Part shown: positions 57,310 through 64,000 of the stretch, one piece after another | Layout: each line of letters opens with the position of its first letter | How positions within the stretch are numbered: the stretch's first letter is position 1 | Sequence record: MH051916 | From: Enterobacteria phage vB_EcoM_IME340 | Length of the DNA: 64,000 bases | Strand: one strand, 5' to 3' | Position numbers and translations under genes: made by a program | The notes under the pieces: generated by a model | Seen by the model: only the letters and a program-made list of their open reading frames with translations | The model's database searches: none | What the model was told of the DNA's origin: nothing

Positions 57310-57516
57310 ATGTTAAATCGTTGGATTAAACCAAATGAAGATTTAGATATTATCATTTCACGGCATGTAATGAAGAAATATGAACTACAACCATGGTCTA
57401 CAGAAGTTGTTGTGCATTCATTTATGATGTACGCAGATGGTTCTGTCGAATTTAATGCAGAGATTCGATATGATTATGGTGAGAAGCAAGTTGAATTCAA
57501 GAGAGGCTTTTTGTAA
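57310..57516 (+). CDS. hypothetical protein
   Basis: 68 aa ORF with SD GAGGAGAGCACC. Confidence 0.5.
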   Translation: MLNRWIKPNEDLDIIISRHVMKKYELQPWSTEVVVHSFMMYADGSVEFNAEIRYDYGEKQVEFKRGFL

Positions 57517-57857
57517 TGTTTATCTTTAATTGGTTTAAAAATTTCTTTACGGATTTTTTCTTTACAGCTCCTGGAGAAGGTGTAGTTCCTATTTCAAATG
57601 ACTACCTTCCTTTAACTGTAGTTGAATATGTTTATATGGGAGATGGAACAGTAGAAGCGGTTACTATGACTTATGAAGAAGCCCAGGAATATTATAAAAA
57701 TCCTTGGCGCTGGTCAACACCTACTACATCATCTAATACAAAGAATACACAGTCTAATTCTGATTCATATGACACTAATGTTCCTGTTCATGTATGGGCG
57801 GGCGATTCATGTGGAAGTTCTTGTGATTCTAGTTGTTCATCTACATCTTGTGATTGA
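57516..57857 (+). CDS. hypothetical protein with Cys/Ser-rich C-terminal tail
   Basis: 113 aa; hydrophobic/aromatic N-terminus; tail ..[17 protein letters not shown]. Confidence 0.5.
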   Translation: MFIFNWFKNFFTDFFFTAPGEGVVPISNDYLPLTVVEYVYMGDGTVEAVTMTYEEAQEYYKNPWRWSTPTTSSNTKNTQSNSDSYDTNVPVHVWAGDSCGSSCDSSCSSTSCD

Positions 57858-57865
57858 GGAAAATT

Positions 57866-58351
57866 ATGGAAGCGATTTTGTTTGAAATGTATATTAGCAG
57901 TAATAGTATGTCGTTTGCTAAAGACGTTCCAATTACTGTAGCAGTAATGATTGATAAGGGTTATTGTGACCCAATGTATCTCGTAGAAAATTTCGTTTCA
58001 ATGCCAGTTCCAGAAGATGCTGAAATAAAACTTAAAAAGATTGGTATCATTGAAACTGTACCAAATATTCCATTTAGAGCAATTGAAGCATTTACTAAAT
58101 CCGAATACATTAATGTTAGCGCAGAACAATATAATGATAAACCTTTATCTTTCTATTCGTATGATTCATTATATAGTTGGAAAATAGATAAAGGAAATAA
58201 ATTTATAATTGCGAGTGAAGATGCGTTATCATACTTTATTTCTTCTGTATGGAATAGTTTACATCCAAATTTGCTAAAAATTCATGAATTTGATGATGCT
58301 CCTACTGTTGTTTTGGGTAAAGTAAATGAAAGTTCTGAAGAAAATGCTTGA
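57866..58351 (+). CDS. hypothetical protein (size/position compatible with T4 mrh)
   Basis: ATG 57866 after GAGGAAAATT; 161 aa. Confidence 0.5.
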   Translation: MEAILFEMYISSNSMSFAKDVPITVAVMIDKGYCDPMYLVENFVSMPVPEDAEIKLKKIGIIETVPNIPFRAIEAFTKSEYINVSAEQYNDKPLSFYSYDSLYSWKIDKGNKFIIASEDALSYFISSVWNSLHPNLLKIHEFDDAPTVVLGKVNESSEENA

Positions 58352-58529
58352 ATGGTTCAATAGACCAAACTCAATGTACATTGACGATGGTTGGGTTGAA
58401 CAAGCAAATAAAGAAATGCAGAACGAATCAGAAGAATGGATGAAATCAATGATTAATGCTGAGAAAGAAAAGAAATTAGAACGCTCAGCGCTTAAATTGA
58501 TGAGAGACATCTATGGGGATAAATCATGA
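58326..58529 (+). CDS. hypothetical protein
   Basis: 67 aa ORF overlapping previous 3' end. Confidence 0.45.
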   Translation: MKVLKKMLEWFNRPNSMYIDDGWVEQANKEMQNESEEWMKSMINAEKEKKLERSALKLMRDIYGDKS

Positions 58530-58689
58530 ACAGAGATATGACGCTAGAAGAGGCCAAGGCTAAAGCAAATGAAGCATTGGATTTGCTTCTTAAAATTGGC
58601 AGTAAAATGATGGAAGAGAATGAAAAATATATCCAGGAAAACAAAATTCCTGACGGCCCATTAGTAGGCAAAAGGAAATCACATGATTG
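58526..58689 (+). CDS. small hypothetical protein (54 aa)
   Basis: ATG overlapping previous stop. Confidence 0.35.
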
Positions 58690-59153
58690 AAGTAGCAAAA
58701 CATTATTCAATAGAATTTATGTCTAAAGAAGGTAAATCAGTAAATACGCTTGATAAAAAGTGCTCATTAATTATTCCTTTAGCAGAAAATCCGGATCTTT
58801 TAATTAAAGATATAAAAGAAAGAAAATACCCAGAAAATGTTATCCTAATTATAAAGCATACTGAAGATATTTTGCAGAATACTGATTCACCATTTTCTTC
58901 TTCTGAAGCTTTAACTATTAAAGGATATAAAAGAGCTCATGAATATGGTCTTTTTGACCTGTTTGAAGATGATAACGTTAAATTAGCGAGTCAACCTTCT
59001 AAAAGTAAAACATTCATTATTGAAGATATTAAAGACATAAATGCATTTGTTAAGATGGTCTGGGCTCATTTTGATGTTGGACTACGCTGGAGAATGTCCG
59101 AAGAAGAAAGAAAAATTATTGAAGCTAATCGTTATTTTGGTTTTTATCGCTAG
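58683..59153 (+). CDS. hypothetical protein
   Basis: 156 aa ORF. Confidence 0.5.
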   Translation: MIEVAKHYSIEFMSKEGKSVNTLDKKCSLIIPLAENPDLLIKDIKERKYPENVILIIKHTEDILQNTDSPFSSSEALTIKGYKRAHEYGLFDLFEDDNVKLASQPSKSKTFIIEDIKDINAFVKMVWAHFDVGLRWRMSEEERKIIEANRYFGFYR

Positions 59154-59161
59154 GAATTAAT

Positions 59162-59344
59162 ATGGATTTATTTGAGATGTTAGAAGATAATCATTCTACG
59201 AATATCCAGAATGATTCTAGTGATTATAAGAAAGAGTACCGTATAGTATTACAGAATTATGGAATTGAAGCCCCAGATGCTCTTCTAGAAGAACTAGCTT
59301 CATACCATCTTGACCCTCCGCCCTGGGCTCCCTGGGCAAAATAA
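59162..59344 (+). CDS. hypothetical protein
   Basis: 60 aa ORF. Confidence 0.4.
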   Translation: MDLFEMLEDNHSTNIQNDSSDYKKEYRIVLQNYGIEAPDALLEELASYHLDPPPWAPWAK

Positions 59345-59355
59345 TTCAAAAAGTT

Positions 59356-59388
59356 GTTTACTTTCCTTCCTAACAATGATATGATAGC
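59356..59388 (+). promoter_or_regulatory. sigma70-type early promoter
   Basis: GTTTAC 59356-59361 and -10-like GATATGATA. Confidence 0.45.
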
Positions 59389-59399
59389 TTCTGAAGTAT

Positions 59400-60035
59400 A
59401 TGGAGGCTATCATGATTATTAATCTTGCAGATGTTGAACAGTTATCTATAAAAGCTGAAAGCGTTGATTTTCAACATGATATGTATAAAAAGGTCTGTGA
59501 AAAATTTACTGACTTTGAACAATCAGTTCTTTGGCAATGTATGGAAGCCAAAAAGAATGAAGCTCTTCATCGGCAGTTGAATAAAATCATTAAAAAGCAT
59601 TTAACTGAATCACCTTATCAGTTATATCGTGGTATATCAAAATCGACAAAAGAACTCATTAAAGATTTACAAGTCGGAGAAGTGTTTTCAACGAACAGAG
59701 TAGATTCATTTACTACTAGTTTGCACACAGCGTGTTCTTTTTCTTATGCTGAATATTTCACTGAAATAATATTTCGCTTAAAAACTGATAAAGCTTTTAA
59801 TTATTCTGACCATATCAGCGATATTATACTTTCTTCTCCTAATACTGAGTTTAAGTATACATATGAAGATACTGATGGATTAGATTCAGAACGTACTGAT
59901 AACTTAATGATGATTGTACGTGAACAAGAATGGATGATTCCAATTGGAAAGTATAAAATAACTTCTATTTCAAAAGAAAAATTACACGATTCATTTGGAA
60001 CATTTAAAGTGTATGATATTGAGGTAGTTGAATGA
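59400..60035 (+). CDS. modB: ADP-ribosyltransferase (ModB-like)
   Basis: R-S-E motif set: YRG, FTTS, REQEWMIP; first of two tandem ARTs as in T4 modB-modA. Confidence 0.65.
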   Translation: MEAIMIINLADVEQLSIKAESVDFQHDMYKKVCEKFTDFEQSVLWQCMEAKKNEALHRQLNKIIKKHLTESPYQLYRGISKSTKELIKDLQVGEVFSTNRVDSFTTSLHTACSFSYAEYFTEIIFRLKTDKAFNYSDHISDIILSSPNTEFKYTYEDTDGLDSERTDNLMMIVREQEWMIPIGKYKITSISKEKLHDSFGTFKVYDIEVVE

Positions 60036-60634
60036 AATATTCAGCAATGCAATTAAAAGATTTTAAAATCAAATCAATGGATGCATCGGTGCGTGCTTCT
60101 ATTCGTGAAGAATTACTTTCTGAAGGATTTAATTTATCTGAAATTGAACTTTTAATTCATTGTATTACTAATAAGCCAGACGACCACTCTTGGTTAAATG
60201 AAATAATCAAATCTCGTTTGGTTCCAAACGATAAACCTCTTTGGAGAGGTGTTCCAGTTGAGACTAAGCAAGTGTTAAATCAAGGAATTGATATTATTAC
60301 ATTTGATAAAGTAGTATCAGCTTCATATGATAAAAATATAGCTCTACATTTTGCTTCTGGATTAGAATACAATACACAAGTTATTTTTGAATTCAAAGCT
60401 CCTATGGTATTTAATTTTCAGGAGTATGCTATAAAAGCTCTACGTTGTAAAGAATATAGTCCAAGTTTTAAGTTTCCAGATAGCCATCGCTATCGTAATA
60501 TGGAATTAGTTTCAGATGAACAAGAAGTAATGATACCAGCTGGAAGTGTATTTAGAATTGCGGATAGATACGAGTATAAAAAGTATTCAACATACACTAT
60601 CTATACTCTTGACTTTGAAGGATTTAATCTATAA
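60032..60634 (+). CDS. modA: ADP-ribosyltransferase (ModA-like)
   Basis: 200 aa; LWRG, SASYD, EQEVMIP motifs; paralog of previous gene. Confidence 0.65.
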   Translation: MKYSAMQLKDFKIKSMDASVRASIREELLSEGFNLSEIELLIHCITNKPDDHSWLNEIIKSRLVPNDKPLWRGVPVETKQVLNQGIDIITFDKVVSASYDKNIALHFASGLEYNTQVIFEFKAPMVFNFQEYAIKALRCKEYSPSFKFPDSHRYRNMELVSDEQEVMIPAGSVFRIADRYEYKKYSTYTIYTLDFEGFNL

Positions 60635-60690
60635 TGGAAGGACTTAGATTCATTATACCATGAAAGTTTTAAAGCATTTTTCATAAAGTT

Positions 60691-60722
60691 GTTTACAAGC
60701 TGAAGTAAAAATGTTATAGTAT
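60691..60722 (+). promoter_or_regulatory. sigma70-type early promoter
   Basis: GTTTAC 60691-60696, -10 TATAGT 60715-60720. Confidence 0.55.
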
Positions 60723-60749
60723 AAGTAGTTAACCGTCCGTGAGAAAAAT

Positions 60750-61496
60750 ATGAAACTGTCTAAAAATCAAATTCGTAAAATTACACGTCGTCTAGAGCAT
60801 ACTCAGGCATCTGCTAAAAGACGTTCTAAAGATTTTAACTTAGACTTCAATTACATTAAGAACATTTTAGATCAGAAAGTTTGCGCTTACTCGGGAGAAC
60901 CTTTTGATAATCATATTGAAGGAGAGAAATTATCATTAGAACGTTTTGATAATAACGTTGGATACATTAAAGGGAATGTTATTGCAGTAAAGAAAAAGTA
61001 TAATACATTTCGTTCTGATTATACTTTAGAAGAGTTGATTGAAAAGCGTGATTTATTTGCTTTGCGAATTGGTCGTTCATCTGCGAAAAAAGTTCATAAA
61101 CTAAATTTAGATGAAAAGAAATGGGCTAAAATCAAAAAGACTTATAATCAAATTAAAGCTATACAGAAAAAACGCGAAAACCGAATTGAGCACATTTCTC
61201 AGCTTTCTAAATCAAAACAAACCTCTGACGTTAAGCTAACGATTATAGCACTTAAAGCTCGTATTGATGGTTCTCGTATAGCAGAAGGCGCTGAAGTTGT
61301 TAAACTAAACGTTCTTCTTAAAGGCTCGGATTGGAAAACTGTGAAAAAATTGTCAGAAGCAGAAATGCAATATGATATGTGTGATAAAATTATTCAAGGT
61401 GTAGAGCGGTATCAAAACTTGTCTTTTATTGATAAACTTAAACTGAAAAGAGGATACCCGCTAAATTGTTCAATTTTTAAACTTATCCGAGGATAA
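60750..61496 (+). CDS. srd: Srd-like protein
   Basis: 248 aa basic protein located between mod genes and dda as T4 srd. Confidence 0.55.
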   Translation: MKLSKNQIRKITRRLEHTQASAKRRSKDFNLDFNYIKNILDQKVCAYSGEPFDNHIEGEKLSLERFDNNVGYIKGNVIAVKKKYNTFRSDYTLEELIEKRDLFALRIGRSSAKKVHKLNLDEKKWAKIKKTYNQIKAIQKKRENRIEHISQLSKSKQTSDVKLTIIALKARIDGSRIAEGAEVVKLNVLLKGSDWKTVKKLSEAEMQYDMCDKIIQGVERYQNLSFIDKLKLKRGYPLNCSIFKLIRG

Positions 61497-61497
61497 T

Positions 61498-61809
61498 ATG
61501 TTTTATGTATATGCGATAGTGTATAGAGATAAAGATGGATTTGCGGTGCCTGTTCCGCTTGATGAACATCGTCCTGCTGTATTTTTTGAAAGGGAGATTG
61601 CTGATAAAGTATTTACTACTCTTAAAGAGCAGTATCAACTAGCTTTAGGTATGGGAATTCCGAGATTAGTTGAGACTCCACGCAAGTTTTGGTTTAATAA
61701 AATAGAAGTTAAACACGTTAAGCCTGATGTAGACACACAAAGATTATATCGGCGAATTTTAGATACTGGGCGTATTGTTAGTATACCAATTGCAGGGAAT
61801 TTACGATGA
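61498..61809 (+). CDS. hypothetical protein (dda.1 position)
   Basis: 103 aa ORF. Confidence 0.5.
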   Translation: MFYVYAIVYRDKDGFAVPVPLDEHRPAVFFEREIADKVFTTLKEQYQLALGMGIPRLVETPRKFWFNKIEVKHVKPDVDTQRLYRRILDTGRIVSIPIAGNLR

Positions 61810-63125
61810 CATTTGATGATTTGACCGAAGGCCAGAAAAATGCCTTTAACATCGTTATGAGGGCTATTAAAGAAAAGAAACATCATGTAACTATTAATGG
61901 ACCTGCTGGTACTGGTAAGACTACTCTTACTAAGTTCATCATTGAAGCTTTAATATCTACGGGCGAAACTGGAATTATTTTAGCAGCTCCTACACATGCA
62001 GCTAAAAAGATTCTTTCAAAACTATCAGGGAAAGAAGCGAGTACTATTCACAGTATTCTTAAAATTAACCCAGTAACATACGAAGAAAACGTTCTTTTTG
62101 AACAAAAAGAAGTACCGGATTTAGCTAAATGCAGAGTATTAATCTGCGACGAAGTATCAATGTATGATAGAAAGCTATTTAAAATTCTGCTTTCAACTAT
62201 TCCACCTTGGTGTACTATAATTGGAATAGGCGATAATAAGCAAATTAGACCTGTTGACCCAGGAGAAAACATTGCTTATATCAGTCCATTCTTTACGCAC
62301 AAAGATTTTTATCAATGTGAACTCACTGAAGTTAAACGCAGTAATGCTCCTATTATTGATGTAGCTACTGATGTTCGCAACGGTAAGTGGATTTATGATA
62401 AAATTGTTGACGGGCATGGAGTACGTGGATTTACTGGTGATACCGCTTTACGCGATTTTATGGTAAATTATTTTTCAATCGTCAAATCGCTAGATGATTT
62501 GTTTGAAAATCGCGTAATGGCATTTACGAATAAATCTGTTGATAAGTTAAATAGCATTATTCGCAAAAAGATTTTTGAAACTGATAAAGATTTTATCGTT
62601 GGTGAAATTATTGTAATGCAGGAACCATTAATTAAAACATATAAAATTGATGGAAAGCCTGTGTCAGAAATTATTTTTAATAATGGACAATTAGTTCGTA
62701 TTATAGAAGCAGAGTATACATCAACATTTGTTAAAGCTCGTGGTGTTCCTGGAGAATATCTAATTCGTCATTGGGATTTAACAGTAGAAACTTACGGCGA
62801 TGATGAATATTATCGTGAAAAGATTAAAATAATTTCATCTGATGAAGAGCTGTATAAGTTTAACTTATTTTTAGGTAAAACGGCAGAAACTTATAAAAAT
62901 TGGAATAAAGGTGGAAAAGCTCCATGGAGTGATTTTTGGGATGCTAAATCACAGTTTAGTAAAGTGAAAGCACTTCCTGCATCAACATTCCACAAAGCTC
63001 AGGGCATGTCTGTAGATCGTGCTTTCATCTATACGCCTTGTATTCATTATGCAGATGCTGAACTAGCACAGCAGCTTCTTTATGTTGGTGTCACTCGTGG
63101 TCGTTATGATGTGTTTTATGTATGA
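61806..63125 (+). CDS. dda: DNA helicase Dda (SF1B)
   Basis: 439 aa; Walker A GPAGTGKTT, Walker B LICDEVSM. Confidence 0.9.
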   Translation: MTFDDLTEGQKNAFNIVMRAIKEKKHHVTINGPAGTGKTTLTKFIIEALISTGETGIILAAPTHAAKKILSKLSGKEASTIHSILKINPVTYEENVLFEQKEVPDLAKCRVLICDEVSMYDRKLFKILLSTIPPWCTIIGIGDNKQIRPVDPGENIAYISPFFTHKDFYQCELTEVKRSNAPIIDVATDVRNGKWIYDKIVDGHGVRGFTGDTALRDFMVNYFSIVKSLDDLFENRVMAFTNKSVDKLNSIIRKKIFETDKDFIVGEIIVMQEPLIKTYKIDGKPVSEIIFNNGQLVRIIEAEYTSTFVKARGVPGEYLIRHWDLTVETYGDDEYYREKIKIISSDEELYKFNLFLGKTAETYKNWNKGGKAPWSDFWDAKSQFSKVKALPASTFHKAQGMSVDRAFIYTPCIHYADAELAQQLLYVGVTRGRYDVFYV

Positions 63126-63131
63126 TTAAAT

Positions 63132-63392
63132 TTGAGGAAGCTATTCGTGGAAATAACTAAAGACCAGTTTTATCTACTTCAAGATAAAGTGAGCGAAATT
63201 TATGAAATAGCTTATAGTAAAAATCGCAAAAACGTGAAAATTGAATCAGGCAAGTTAATGCTTCAATTGGAAGAAATTGAACGAGATTTGATTGCGTTAG
63301 AATTCTTTTGCGGTGAAGTGAAAACTGTTACAATTAGTGATTATATTTTAGGTGAAATTAGCCATCTTTATAAGGCGATTATTAATGATTGA
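63132..63392 (+). CDS. hypothetical protein, paralog of next gene; start uncertain
   Basis: 86 aa; shares EEIE.D...ISDY..GEI..L pattern with 63385-63627. Confidence 0.45.
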   Translation: MRKLFVEITKDQFYLLQDKVSEIYEIAYSKNRKNVKIESGKLMLQLEEIERDLIALEFFCGEVKTVTISDYILGEISHLYKAIIND

Positions 63393-63627
63393 ATTAAGTT
63401 TACACCAATTTAAATCTCTTATGGCAAATGTTAAAGCTGTCATTGAGGAAAATCCAGGACCTGATAATGTTACTATTCGCGAAAAAGCTTCAAAGATAGT
63501 ATACAGTCTTGAAGAGATACAAAAAGATATTGAATCTATTGCAAAATTTATTGATGAGCCCATTAATAAAGTTTATATCCAAGATTATACTGTAGGTCAA
63601 ATTCGCGATTTAGCAAGGAAAATTTAA
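63385..63627 (+). CDS. hypothetical protein, paralog of previous gene
   Basis: ATG 63385; 80 aa. Confidence 0.45.
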   Translation: MIELSLHQFKSLMANVKAVIEENPGPDNVTIREKASKIVYSLEEIQKDIESIAKFIDEPINKVYIQDYTVGQIRDLARKI

Positions 63628-64000
63628 TGTTTGATTTTATTATAGATTTTGAAACAATGGGAAGCGGTGAAAAGGCAGCTGTTATTGATTTGGCTGTTAT
63701 TGCCTTTGACCCTAATCCAGAAGTAGTTGAAACATTTGATGAATTAGTTTCACGCGGCATTAAAATCAAGTTTGATTTAAAAAGCCAAAAAGGACATCGT
63801 CTTTTTACTAAAAGCACTATTGAATGGTGGAAAAATCAGTCTCCTGAAGCTCGAAAAAATATTGCACCATCAGATGAAGATGTAAGCACTATCGATGGTA
63901 TTGTAAAATTTAATGATTACATCAATGCACATAACATCGATCCTTGGAAATCTCATGGCTGGTGCCGTGGAATGTCGTTTGATTTTCCAATTTTAGTCGA
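63627..64000 (+). CDS. dexA: exonuclease A (DexA), 5' portion; 3' end beyond window
   Basis: MFDFIIDFETMGSGEKAAVIDLAVIAF.. (DEDD exonuclease motif I); position after dda as in T4. Confidence 0.8.
   Translation, partial: MFDFIIDFETMGSGEKAAVIDLAVIAFDPNPEVVETFDELVSRGIKIKFDLKSQKGHRLFTKSTIEWWKNQSPEARKNIAPSDEDVSTIDGIVKFNDYINAHNIDPWKSHGWCRGMSFDFPILV

Overview
This window reads as the early/middle region of a T4-like (T-even, Tevenvirinae) coliphage, in reverse-complement orientation relative to the conventional T4 map. It is AT-rich and densely packed, with almost every gene on the + strand. The order of genes I recognise from memory of their T4 counterparts is: gene 1 (dNMP kinase, 3' part), 57A, 57B, a ten-member tRNA array, nudE, lysozyme e, denV, regB, tk, rI, nrdC, gene 49, nrdD, nrdG, an nrdH-like glutaredoxin, gene 55, alpha-gt, 47, 46, rpbA, 45, 44, 62, regA, 43, imm, 42, uvsX, 40, 41, dmd, sp, 61, 56, soc, modB/modA-like ADP-ribosyltransferases, srd, dda and the start of dexA. 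Between these sit variable blocks of small or unrecognised genes. Expression signals are conspicuous: many sigma70-type early promoters (GTTTAC, about 17 bp, TAtAaT), a few TATAAATA late promoters, MotA-box-like middle promoters, and GC hairpins with a UUCG loop acting as terminators. Several features point to a T2/T6-like relative rather than T4 itself: ten tRNAs instead of eight, an intronless nrdD, no segF between 56 and soc, and a different glycosyltransferase in the beta-gt slot. No single undescribed system can be proven from sequence alone. The strongest candidates for follow-up are a nucleotidyltransferase plus AAA+ ATPase pair (19761-21858), four consecutive large proteins with coiled-coil tails (23321-27289), a macro-domain protein (14101-14580), an HNH endonuclease with a divergent membrane gene between 61 and 56, a diversified set of internal-protein genes, a chimeric host-like GrcA module, repeated promoter cassettes and a candidate stable RNA next to the tRNAs. 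All identifications rest on reading the sequence and recalling known T4 proteins; no database search was run.
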